Positions 52,079 to 64,000 of a stretch of DNA of 64,000 bases are shown here, in pieces (within the stretch, counting starts at the first letter, position 1; every line of letters starts with the position of its first letter). Source of the stretch: Ophelia neglecta. Its lineage: Eukaryota. The translations under genes and the position numbers were made by a program. Where the stretch lies: contig OZ260662.1 in the NCBI GenBank assembly GCA_965285935.1, positions 33,108,001 to 33,172,000 on the forward strand, written 5' to 3'. The notes under the pieces were generated by a model, which made no database searches, was not told the DNA's origin, and worked only from the letters and a program-made list of their open reading frames with translations.

Positions 52079-55000
52079 GGGCCTTGTATTATTCAAACAT
52101 TCAAAAGGATCACTTAACAGGGCATTCAGAACATTATAAAACGTGTTGCAATACTTTATATACAGTAGGGTAAACGTTATAACTGGTGACTAAATTCTGG
52201 CCTAGTAAACCAAATGGAGGATCAAAATGGTCCATGCGGTCTCCAAATCGGATTTAACCCTATGACCTACTAGTTAGTCGGCGATTGATCAGGAAGTCTA
52301 TTGAAGGGAAATACTTTTTTTCCGCTAAGGTATTTTGCCTCATATTGATCTTTGGAGACTAGTTACTCATGCATTGGTTAATGGGGTACACTTAAGTGAT
52401 AAACGCTTCACAATTAATCATAATTAATCTCTCCCATATTCATGGAATATCTTTTATTGATTTTAATGTGACACCTAAGTATAAGTTTGATATTTTGTGA
52501 AATATGTTGTGTTGATAACGGATACGTGTTATTAGGAATTACCGCAAGGTTAAGTCACTTAGCACCAATCTCGTCGGATGGTATAACGTGCTGGTCTACC
52601 CTGTAAATTGAATTTTTAAATTGCTTTGTCGAATTGATTTTTTTTGGAAGAAGAAACATTCCTTTAAAGTGGTCATAATTTTCAAAACCTCCACACTTAT
52701 ATTCCATCCAAAATTTCGGAGAGGAGTGTGTGATCGCTGCAATTGCCTAGCTATTCAGGATTATCTTTTTGCCCACACATAGTTTTTTCCCCTATCTGTT
52801 GTTTCATTTGCTTTGCATTTGGTTACTGATTGGTCGATGGTCAAAGAATAGAATATGTAAGCATGCCATTGGCTTCATCGTATGCTGACAAGTTCTTGAA
52901 TAATGCGGGGTTAGCTATATTTTCAAAAGTGCATATGCTTGAAGTAAGTAAGCTTATATTTGCTTATTGCAGTGTATTGGTATTTGTCTAAGTTTGGCGT
53001 TATACTTTACTACCAAGTCTCTCGCCGAAAAAGGCGAACTGCCCAATATAAATCACTGGTACACTAAATAATTTCTGTGTAATAAATTTGCCATTTTTCT
53101 CTTGCATAAATGTAATTTTTTACAATTTTGCGTAATTGTAAAAATAAGTGAGTAAATTAATAGGCAGGTCATTTTCCTTTCGCGGAATGTCACATAATAG
53201 ATAGTACAAGACCTACATATTTCTAATCCCAAGCAATCATTTGCAGACATTTTACGAAGTTCCTCCTACATAATTAGCAGTGAAATAATTCATTGATGTT
53301 AAGCATTTGGAATTTCATTCATGAAGCTGAAGGTTTCTGATGTAATTGCACACTACTAATGATTTATTCCTGCTTCGTGATATTGCATAGTCTGTCGGCT
53401 ATGCACTCCTTCTGCTATCTTAGTGGTTTCTAAGAATTTCATAACCGGAAGAATTTATATCAAAAGTTTGATATTAATTTGTATACAGCTTTATTCCGTA
53501 ACCTTCAGTCGACAGACGACCGAATCGCACCAAACGCATCAAAATATAATGCATCAAAGTTTTACCCGAGGCAGGTTATGGGATCAGTACATATTGCTAC
53601 TAAGGCAATAGCTCCAGTGTAGACATGACTTAAGTACTCATACTAACATAAAAAGTATTATTGAATCAATCTTATGCCGATAATATACCTCAGATACAGC
53701 CATACCAACGCCAAAATTGTTTACGTGGAAACATGGCCATAACATTGTATCCTGGTTTAAATATACGTCCATTGCATAGATACCCACTTTTCCCTGGCAT
53801 GAAGTATTTGCCTTATCTAGACTTAATAAGCCAGTCAACTGTAATAAAATCTATATTCACTACTGAAATACAATTTACAACACAATAATAAGAGTACACA
53901 TTCGACAAGTGTGAAGATATAACAACACAACGAACACCAAGCATATTGCATCAGCCATAATAGACTAATAGTATAATATTTAAAATCTTAAATACTGTGC
54001 ATAAATAACAACCGGCACAAGCAGTATTTATCCGAAGTGTGCTTTGCAAATTTAAGGTTCAACTATTTCCGCATGTATGTATATGTATTTCTTCGTGCTC
54101 GATTGTTGTCGTCCATTTGACAGTTTTGACGATATTCAAAAATGCTGCTTGTTGAGAAGGTTAACTGTGATATAAGCAATGACAATGCCCTTCCAAATTT
54201 GAACATAGAATCGCATCGATGAAATTAGCTACCTCAATTCAATCGTTTACATCGATTTTTTAAGTCAAAAAACGAAACATTGTTCCTAACATGTGTTACG
54301 AAATGACGAATAGGGTGATGGCTACAATAAGAACATTATTGCAAGAAATGCTGAAGACAGTTTCTCTCTTTTTCCTTTTCCTCGCTTATGAGAAATAATT
54401 CAATTTTATTAAGATTTAGATCACCCCATTTAATTGAGTTGTTGATTGAATTTTATGAACGAATCAGAGTGACTAGTTTCATTCAAGAAATATCCGTTTT
54501 CTTTAAAATGACAACGTTGAAAGAGATAAATTACTATTACCCTCACATTTTCCTCCTGCATTCAGAAATTGTTTTGTTACTGAATACCTGAAACACTACG
54601 CGTAGGACATTCTTTGACACGCCAATCCCCCTTTAAATTAGATTGAACAGACAGCATGTATCGATTAAATGTATATTGAAATGTATTATATGAAATTGAG
54701 AGATATTATCGCATTAGAGACCTTCTATACAACGAAAATTATGATCAAAATATAAAGTATATTATCATTATTCAATTTAATCAAGATCTTGTTGTATTGC
54801 TGTATTTACAGTACTGTAGTAATGAGATAATCCGGGATTAAAAGCATGGTGGTCACCCCACCTTTGCAATGTTTGCCTTTAAATTCATTCAAAATTATAT
54901 TTACTAGTATTATTTCTTTCGTGTTATCAATTGTTGGCTGGCTCCTTGGGATTAATGTGTAATAGAAAAAGCTTATTTGGTCTTCACATGTTATGGTGTC

Positions 55001-55482
55001 AGTTAGGAGCCAGCTCTGATATTTATGTTATGTATAATAATTGTCATTGCAAAAAAACTGTTACTGACCTTTTTGAAGGATGTACATGTGTGAGATCCTT
55101 CCATAATAAAGAGGTAAGGGCCATTTTAAAAACTCCTCGACTAGCGAGATCTTACACAATGCCACTACAGGAGGCGTATTAGAACAGTTTGCATCAATAT
55201 CGAAAAAACCAGTGAAATCTCTATTTATAGAAATGAAATATTTATTACATTTTAGTTTTACGATAACATTTTAATAGATATATATGGCACATATAGACAA
55301 GTTTTGTCATATCGCATGCTTTCGTACAATGACGCAGATATGTGATTCCTTTTTAATTAAATTTTTCATCCGTTCCTTCCAAAACACGTGTCGTTCGCGT
55401 GCGTACATCGGGTAAACAATACTAAAAGGATAAGAGCCCATGATAATTCAAGGTAACCTGATATATAGTGGGTTCTTATGTA

Positions 55483-55540
55483 GGGGATGTCAGGGCGGTG
55501 GGGGATGGAAGGTGGGAGGTGGAGGGTGTCAGGGTTAGGG
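55483..55540 (+). other. Potential G-quadruplex-forming sequence
   Basis: Seven runs of three or more G separated by 3-9 nt loops, ending in GGGTTAGGG. Confidence 0.6.
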
Positions 55541-58221
55541 AAAATTCACTTTGGTCAGATAGAGGGAATTCGAATGCAATTACCCATCAAAGAAGCACAG
55601 CATTATCTCGAAGCAGCTATATGGTATCTCACTGTCAATGTAAGTTATCTCCCCATTCCTGCCTTTACCTCAAGTATTAAACTTCTGGACGACATCAACA
55701 TTGAATTGACGCTTATAAATCACATATGTTTCCTACTTGACATTAATTTAATTTAAAAAAAAACACGAATTCTTCACTTTTTGGGAATAGAACTATGACA
55801 AAGCCATGTCTCAGGCCAAGAACAGCTATAAATATACTCCTTTCACAACCTGATTGGGTTTCCAGGGTTTAACACGAATTCTTGGACTGTGCTTTCAATA
55901 CTTGGTTTGTTCAAGCAGACCACCCAGTTGGCTATTAGGAGTTAAAAATTGTCATGGTAGAAACCCCCACGTCATTGTGGCGAAGTTAGCCCGAAAACGG
56001 GCGGTGCAATTAACATGAAAAATATAGGAATACAGATGAAACATGTGTTAAAAACGCACCAATGTTAGCTTTTTTAATGCAATTGATTAAATTTTTCTGG
56101 TAAAGAATGACCTGTTTTCAAACTAGAAAGTACTCATTGGCAAGGCAAGGAAATTAAAAAAAGACAATTGGTACTGTGTGCGGGATCATTTCAGCTGGAT
56201 TTCATGGTGTTTCTTTTTTCCAGCAGTTTCCAAAACTTTGCTCGGCGTGCCATAATAAACCTAAGTTCAGTCCTCAAAATCATGTGACCTTGATTTCAAA
56301 ATGGCATATTCTGTTGAATCCGTTGAGTGGTCTAGACTAACACTTGCCTCCGTAATGTCATAAATACATGACTGTGAGACTGTTGACTTCAGAACAGACC
56401 CATGGTTCATTAGGAGACTCACCTTGTCTGTATCTTATCATTGAAATAAAACACTCATCAGGAAAAATATAACATCATTAAAAGATGAAAATTGTTCAAA
56501 TCCATCGTTTTCTGGCCCAGATCTGGTTATATACAGGTTTTTAATCCTTAACTAGTTAAAGAAATTCTTTACCAATTACAAATCCTTGAACCCAAAATGG
56601 TTTAAACGGTCACAAATTACATCAACAGAACTAAATTAACCGTTAAAACACTTCGATCTACTCAATGGGCACTGGTAAGATACATGATTTCTAGATGAAA
56701 ATTATCTGCCCCGTACTCCGACCGGCTGCGTTTCGAAAACATTCGTTGGGGGGTTCAAATGTGAATCTGAATTATTTGTGTGAGGTCTATACACCTAAAG
56801 GTAAGCAGGAGTGTCAAGATCAGAAAAAAATCAAAAAAAAATAAAGCACCCTAGCCCCAGTGGCGCTTGTTAATTCATACCAACTATGGAGGCTAAGTTG
56901 CAAACACCTTCTAGTTAATATGAGCCTAAATCTCTAGCCTAGATATATTCAGATTAACCGATTGTTCAAATGTATTTTGACGTATTTCACCCATCCCTCC
57001 CATCCTCACCCCACCCTCGCTCCAAATAGAGCCCATCAGCAGGTGGTAATGGCCGCCCCTACAAAATAAAAAGTTTCTCGGCTCATCTGGCAAAGCGGCA
57101 GCGGGGCTTGTTCAACGTGACGCGCCACCAGCGTCACAGTTTGGTGCGGACAGCAACCGTTGCACCCTTCACCCTTTTGCGCTCAATTTCCCAGTCCGTA
57201 ATCTGTATGGCCCATTCAATTAGCCGGAAACACGTCCAACTGAAAACAAGATAGTGACAGATGCATAGATGATTTTCAGCTGTGCTTGATATGTTGCACA
57301 TAGGCTATTTCTGCAAGAGTCTCGCTACGCTATGCTTGATATTACCTACCCTTCAAACACAATAACCTTACTTCTCATGGGCGTCACATTTATCACAAAC
57401 ATCACTAGTTAAATCACATTTACGTAAAGACGTCCCGATTCAGTGAATTTATCGTTCTATTATATGATTTATACTTTGTGATAATCAATATTGTAGGCAC
57501 CATATGACAATTCAGACACTTCACAAAGACTGTGACAAGGTATGTGTGGTATATTATTGCTACCCAAATAAATTCATACCAATGGTATTATTGGTGATTT
57601 TTACATTAAATCTATACATCAAACGGTATCCTAAAATTTCGCTTGAACGAGATTAATTTACAGAAAATGCAATACGTTTCATACAAAATATAGTTCCATA
57701 GGCACACTTTAAAACCGGATTATAGTCGAGTTTGCTTTAGGCCTAACAAGCATGAAAAGCGAATAAACAGAAAGAGAATAAAGGCAGATTTAATGACCAA
57801 TTGGGCCGGCTTTTGAACATTGTCAGTGAACTTTTAATATTGAACAGTAACAACAGCTGAGACTTCAAACAGACTACCGATATAATAACGTACTTTTAAA
57901 TTTGCTTGTTCTGGGCTGTGTGAAGACAATATGATAGCACAGAGCTGTATATTTATTTTATTAATAATTCAGCAGAGAAATAGAAGGAAAAATATATATA
58001 CCAGCGATCTCTTTAACGATATCCTCATACATCTCATTATATGTAGCATGGACCTGTCTATGAATCTCTATTGGCTCCAAATACGAACACACGATTCTAA
58101 TTTTGCTGGATTGTGTAGATTTTTCTGAATAGTGGATGTACCTTCCAGTCAAGCAATGTATGTTAAAATATCCTGATTGTTCCGGTCCAAAAGGAAGAGT
58201 TCTATGGAATTTCCTTTTTCA

Positions 58222-58308
58222 TTATACAACAGAACAATTGTCTTTTCTTTACACAAAAAAAACAATTGTCTTTTCATTACACATCAGAACAATTGTTTTT
58301 CCACATCA
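58222..58308. repeat. Three imperfect ~27-bp tandem units
   Basis: An AACAATTGTCTTTTC(A/T)TTACACA-type unit is repeated three times. Confidence 0.8.
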
Positions 58309-58799
58309 AAAAGGCTGCAAGAAAATTGCTTTTGAAGTAAAGGGCTTTCTCGTCATTTTGTAATCATGAATATAGCTTTGCTAATAAGTCCCGAGCCAAT
58401 CTTGATTAAATCCGGTGCCTGGAATATATTTGCCGAGACTCTTTCTGAGTTGCCTGTTTTGGTATTGGTTGTGACTTCGAAATTATTTTTTGGAGTAGGC
58501 CTACCTGGTAAGAATTGCGTTATGTTGTAAGTCACCAATTTAACCCATTTTATGATACTGGTCTCTGCCATTACTTCAGAATAGATATGTAATTAGTTCT
58601 ACCACATTAAATCGTTGTCCGTTGAATATTTCTCATACAAGTGACATAAGTTTTTATATATTTATATGACATACTGTGGTTATAAACTAATGTTTAATTA
58701 TGGAACGATAAATTGAAGCTTTCGGTTGCAATTCCGACTAAATGGTTTGTTCTCGATCGTCGCTTTTGGGTTGTCTAACTCTAAGGGATCTTTATTGGA

Positions 58800-59070
58800 A
58801 ATGAAAATTGTTAATCATTTAAACCAGCATGCACTTTCAAATGATCCTTGCCACACTAAGCTATCAAATATGTTTTTGGTATCCTTTTCCTTCCATTCAT
58901 CCCAATATGTTTCTACAGTGCATGGTTTTTCCACTTTATCAATGTCAGGATATGAGATATACGTAGCTAGATCAATGGCCACGTTTTTTCGGTAGAGCAT
59001 ATACCCATGCCAGAAAATATGAACAGAAAAATATAATAAAAATAATCTCGCCTTCCAGGTCCGAGTTTCC
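58800..59070 (-). pseudogene. Exon-like segment resembling a decayed death-effector/death-fold domain
   Basis: There is a TTATTTCAAG acceptor-like site, itself duplicated at 59064-59104. After it, across frameshifts, the sequence reads CSYFLAWVYALPKK/VAIDLATYISYPDIDKVEKPCTVETYWDEWKEKDTKNIFDSLV. The helical pattern recalls echinoderm NLR N-terminal death-fold domains (pattern recognition only). Confidence 0.35.
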
Positions 59071-60744
59071 TTGAAATAATTGATTAAGTTTCCTTGAAAT
59101 AATTTGAAAGGTTGACATTTAACAAAACCAGTTGTTAGACATCATGCTGTTATATTTTATTTTCATTTATACGGGGTAAAGGATAGTTACCCTTATTTAG
59201 TTGTGCAATAGACCTAGCCATGCCTTTTGCCTTCAGTAGGTAACAAGGAAGATAACGATGATAATGATATTAGTTTCGCACAAAGCCTTTTTATAAGGTC
59301 AGCCGCTTTGCTCAATTAGGTGCGAATTTACCCGGACACTATTCGCCAGCCAATTTATAATCGGCCAATTCTGCACTTCAATCTTTTTTGGTATTAGAGG
59401 GTGGGGAACAGCAGAAGCCAATCGACGGCCAATATAAGAAGTGATTGTTTATTTAGATGTTGCGTGTGTGGGTTTGGACGGATGGATGACCCACTTATGT
59501 TACCAAATCCTCTGCTCGCCTTAACTACAATGACTTGCCCGGTATGGGATGAGAATCGACCGATAAGCCCATATACCTGTAGCTTATAAAGTAAGACATC
59601 AGAAATGTTTATTGAATTAGGCATTACAATACCTGCCATACAAACATAATACGATGCAAAGAATAATATAAATTTGATGTATAAGTGCGTGGGAATCATA
59701 GACCCATTTCACGTTACATAAAATAAAATGTTATTTACCTCAAGTAAGATGTGAGCATCAGTTTGCCGCGAATGGCACATTTTGATTTGTGTGGAACTGC
59801 ACAGATGAAGGTGTCGTTGTCAGTTATATATATTTAGAAAATTGCACTGGCAATTTACATTTTATAATGGCCACATCGTAACGATTCACATGTGTGTCTG
59901 ATATTCACTCCGTAAGCATGCTGCCACGCACAAGCCTACTAGTAAGTTAGTCGCCCTAGGGACATTTTTTTTACATAATAAAAGATTGAATGTCTGGGGA
60001 CAGACTATAAATAATTTGTTGAGCGACACGGTAGGCCTTGGCCTCTATGATTTTATTATTATTACAAATAGCCTAGTCAGATGGCCAAGTTGAACATTAT
60101 ATATGTATACACTGTATATGATTGAGTTCTCAAGTTGTGTTGGCGTGGCCCTCAGAACAGGGGAATGCCTCCCTCTGACGGGTCTTCGAATAGTTAAGCA
60201 ACAGTTGTTAGTTTCTTGCCATTTTCAATAGACACAAGCCAAGAATATTTGCACTAAGAAAAAAAGGTTTATTTCTAGTGTTTTACAAGCAGAACCAGAT
60301 AGCAGAAACCAGGATATTGACCTGTCAATTAATATGTATCATGGAAATGTGCTGACTTTCATGGAGCTTGTGCACAATCATACTTTTTCATATTGTTCCG
60401 ACGTCAGTTTTAATACCGTACAACTGCTTTTCATTAGTAAGCCAGACAAATAGATTTACAAAAAGGCTTACCCTCGACGTTTCATTAGCATGTCCACATC
60501 TCTTTTATCATTCAGTTTGAAAACAAGCTTCATGCATGGTGTTGGCTGCTCGTCTGCTTTGAGGTCATTATGATGCATTCTCCATTCTTTCCTGTTATGT
60601 CATGTTGATTCTTGTCCCAGATCATTTTACATATAATGTGAGTATGTTTAGCCTGAGAACAACCTTTTTATCAACACTTCACCTGTCATTCTGAATAAAA
60701 CTTCTATTGTTTCCACAACCAATATTCTTTACATGGCTTTATTA

Positions 60745-60968
60745 TGCTTTTGATTAAAAGCGGAAGCGCGAAGCTTTGCGGAGGTAAATCCCGAAATTGG
60801 AACAGAGTACTGGACCTATTAAACTTACCCCTAACCCTCCCCCTAGCCTTGAATTAAACCCTCCGCCCCAATAAACTTGATGACGCCTTTTTGCATCCTG
60901 TTACTCTGAAATCCCTATGACGTCAGCGTCCGCATAGATTCCGCACGTCCGCGTTAAATCAATAGCCC
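60745..60968. mobile_element. ~225-bp MITE-like element with ~40-bp imperfect terminal inverted repeats and a central telomere-like motif
   Basis: The left end GCTTTTGATTAAAAGCGGAAGCGCGAAGCTTTGCGGA matches the reverse complement of the right end, GCTATTGATTTAACGCGGACGTGCGGAATCTATGCGGA. The centre has CCCCTAACCCTCCCCCTAGCC. Confidence 0.7.
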
Positions 60969-61369
60969 TTTATTAGATCATGAATAAGATTGGGTAGATA
61001 TTTCACCTACGATTACGCTGTATATATCTCTCGGCAAGACGTTCGTTATGGCAAAAAAATTAATTAGGTTAGCAACACCGGCCTTTCTAGCGTTAAGTAT
61101 GCATTTTTTCTTTTAAGCGACAATGTTTAATCCAATCTAAATTAATCTGAGCCCCGCGTTCCTACTAAGGCGACTTGCGGAAAGGCTTTCAATGGATTGC
61201 CGCGGCGGATACTTTCAAAAACACCGTTCGGTAGCCTACCTTCTGTTCGAAATACATATGCACATCTCTCATCCGCGTGCAAGTTTCGTAGCATGACTCG
61301 AAATTAAACATTTACAATCTGTTGCAACTGCTTAAAATATGCATATCATAATACCAATGACTGCTGAAA

Positions 61370-61900
61370 TATTTTGCAAAATAAAGTCCAGACTTGAATA
61401 CTTCCCACAGAAGCGTTTTTAATTTCAAAAGTATACTATTACAAGGTTTTGGTGCTGCCACCGATAACCTGCGTGCCTCAACCATCTTGGTTGGCGTCAC
61501 TATAGTTATTCTAATCTGAACGAAGGTCTCTAGTGTGAACAACTCCTGCTGGAAGGAAGCTAGGAGGCGGATTGGTCACACATTTGTAGGCTAGAAGGCC
61601 AATCCTAAAATCCGTACTCTCCTTTACCGGAGCCCCAGTGCAGGTTCTTAAGCACAGATGTAATATGACTTGGTAATTACCACGGGTAATTAGTCTTGCG
61701 TCATAGTTCTGGCTGCGTACGGTCTTTCTTGATTTTGGTTATCTTGCGCAGCTGAAAGAAGGCTGCTTGGCACGTTTTCCTAATGTGGTTATCCAAGGAA
61801 TCAGTCGATTGCAGAGTTACACCAATTTTTTATTGCGTTTCGGCAGCCTCGACATGCGTTTCTCCAACGGAAATGGTCGAGTCAGGATAAGGACAGCTTG
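61370..61900 (-). mobile_element. L2-clade LINE ORF2 3' fragment with internal deletions
   Basis: Reads ISVGETHVEAAETQ*KIGV..SLDNHIRKTCQAAFFQLRKITKIKK..HITSVLKNLHW..DFRIGLLAYKCV..RDLRSD..RRLSVAAPKPCNSI..FKSGL, compared with HITPVLxxLHWLPV, RAFSVAAPxLWNSLP and FKSxLKT. Confidence 0.88.
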
Positions 61901-63391
61901 ATTGGTTGTACGAAGACAGAAGGATTAAGAATTCCGTTTTAGCCTCATTTCACTTCAAGACATTGTTGGCAATCCGTGCAGGTATCTCAAGCACACATGT
62001 CTCAATGCTAGTTCGAGAGTGTATTAAGCTATTGTTTGATTTAGGGGGAAATGAGAAGTATTGTTGGGTGGCAGCGGCATATAGAGATGGAATTTCATGC
62101 TGTGTGACCTGCTTTCTAGATATAAAAGTAGCCAAGCTAGGGCTGTTCCTTTAATGCCTAATGCTACCAACAGGTGGCGTTGCGCATATTTGACTTTGTT
62201 TCCAGAGAAAATGAAAAAATCGTTTTCGAATTAAGTAAATAAATAGGATAAAGGGAAAAGGGAGACATGTTCCGTTAAACCCCACTTCCTCTTAAAATTT
62301 GATAGAAATGATCATTATTATTGAGCATTTGCAGAATTTTTCTTGAAAGACGTTTCTTAGGGAATGGGGCCTTGTGCGACTTTAAAGCACTAAAGCAATC
62401 TGGGTTAACTACATAATGTTTATACATGCGAGCCCCTCCCGCAACGTGCCCTGCCCCCATACTACTTAGGATTCCCAGCCTCACTATTTTCCTAATCAAC
62501 CAAGCGCTGAATTCTATATAATTTACCTACACTTCTATTCTAACCCTCCTCATTAATATCACCTGCTTTAATGTACGGCTAGTCATTTCCTTTCTTAACC
62601 ACACGGAATGAAAAGATTGTTACCAGCAACACAAAATCACAGTACTTATCATCCCTCGGATCGACATCAGCGGAAGTGATATAGGCCTATTCGGCATTAT
62701 TTAAAAAGGTTTTGAATTGATGTGCAGCGAAACACGTATGTAGGTTTGATAGTTAAGGGGATGGGGATATCTATTAATCGTACACAAAAATTCCCTATTC
62801 TGACGAGAGATGTGCATTTTCCTGGCACCCCCACATGTATATATATACTCATTGAATCTGATGAATAACCTATCTGACTAAACACATTGGTTTTGTACGG
62901 ATAGAATCCATCCCTCTTCACATTTCATTCCTACGAAAATCGCTTGTGTTCCTACCAGTTCAGCATCTTTAATAAAAATACCATAGTTCTGAACTTTTAT
63001 TTATAACTGAAAGAGCATATGACATAGCCTACTTTGTCCATTAACCTATCACGATACGCATTAAAACTTATAACTGCCTTTTTCAGTTCCACCGAACAAA
63101 ATCACTTTTTATTTACTTTTCTTACAAAGCAGCTAGCGTTATATTTTTCTTCAAATAATTGACCGGATAGAGCATTCTAATAACATTATTTGTTTTCGCA
63201 AGTGTGTTTTATTTCGGACCCCCCCCCCCTCCCCCCTTCCCCTTGTACATTATTCATTGCCTCCACTCCGTTTTCTCTTCAGAAACCTATGCATAGAAGT
63301 GGTCTGTGGAATGATGCTAGAGAAGGTGAATATGAAGAATAAAATATCATGATAATTAACTTAACAAAATGGAGAGGTATTGAAAACCTGC

Positions 63392-63991
63392 TTAATTGAA
63401 TACCAAAGTCGGGATTTGAGTATATTCTTTGGGAAGCTTTCTAAGAAGCGGCAAAATTCTCCATTTTGTAACATTACCGGGATCATTTGGATTCCTTCTT
63501 TTCAAATCTGGTGAATACCTTTCCGATGACGAGTTAATTGCTTCAGAGCAAGCTACATACGACAATTTAACTATGTCTTGTCGAAAATGCTGAAGTAGAT
63601 TGCATTTGCGTCTAACAGACATATACCCTCCTGAGCCGAGGGCTTGTTCGTCTGACAACAAACTTTTCAACTCCTTGTAGCACTGGCGGATCCAGGATTT
63701 CAGGAAGGGGGGCCCAAATTTCTCGAGGCTGACGAGGCAAATGTCTTGATTGTCCTCTGCCCCCCCCCCCCCTAAATCCGCCACTGTTGTAGCCAGCTGC
63801 TATGAGTGGCGCCAAGAAGGTATCCTTCTTTCTCGACTCAACGAATTCAACCGGGTTTTGGTTTTCAATTTTGAAAGAACTTGATCCCGAAAAAGATTAT
63901 ACATTAGCTTCCTACATATCCAAGCACCGAAGCGTCTAGCTAAAGGAGAATGAGCATTTAGCTGACCGATACCGTGGGAACAACGTGGCAT
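63392..63991 (-). pseudogene. MITE-interrupted coding-like segment, possibly tandem death-effector-like domains
   Basis: Removing the MITE and one TSD (112 bp) gives 393 bp open from 63896 to 63392: ..KIENQNPVEFVESRKKDTFLAPLIAAGYKELKSLLSDEQ..LLQHFRQDIVKLSYVACSEAINSSSERYSPDLKRRNPNDPGNVTKWRILPLLRKL.. The domain assignment is by eye only. Confidence 0.4.
63681..63786. mobile_element. 106-bp MITE with CAGTGGCGGAT-type termini and a 6-bp target-site duplication
   Basis: The left end CACTGGCGGATCCAGG matches the reverse complement of the right end, CAGTGGCGGATTTAGG. TTGTAG flanks both sides (63675-63680 and 63787-63792). Confidence 0.92.
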
Positions 63992-64000
63992 TCACTCATA

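Noticed and set aside
59394-59699. Overlapping ORFs on both strands
   Set aside because: No recognisable domain or coding signature, and the length is within the chance range.

Overview
This is eukaryotic, AT-rich, gene-poor DNA from an animal. It is most likely a marine invertebrate such as an echinoderm; that is an inference from the repeat spectrum, the poly-G/C tracts and the frequent TAGGCCTA. I found no intact protein-coding gene, rRNA, tRNA, CRISPR array or prokaryotic operon, and almost all ORFs in the track are spurious or come from decayed elements. Well-supported content: (1) a 1.1-kb array of a 23-bp minisatellite with higher-order structure; (2) many decayed retroelement fragments (several L2/CR1-group LINEs, an RTE-X-like 3' end, a DIRS-type gag+RT, a Penelope-like RT); (3) a ~270-bp dispersed repeat in five copies, one abutting the Penelope RT; (4) several MITEs, one with a perfect 6-bp target-site duplication (TSD) whose removal restores a 130-codon reading frame; (5) relics of minimal hammerhead ribozyme motifs. 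More speculatively, several exon-like segments resemble decayed death-fold and immunoglobulin domains, which suggests a graveyard of innate-immune receptor genes. I cannot support a confidently novel functional system. The candidates are ranked below with the tests that would decide them. All translations and motif comparisons were done by eye, without database searches.
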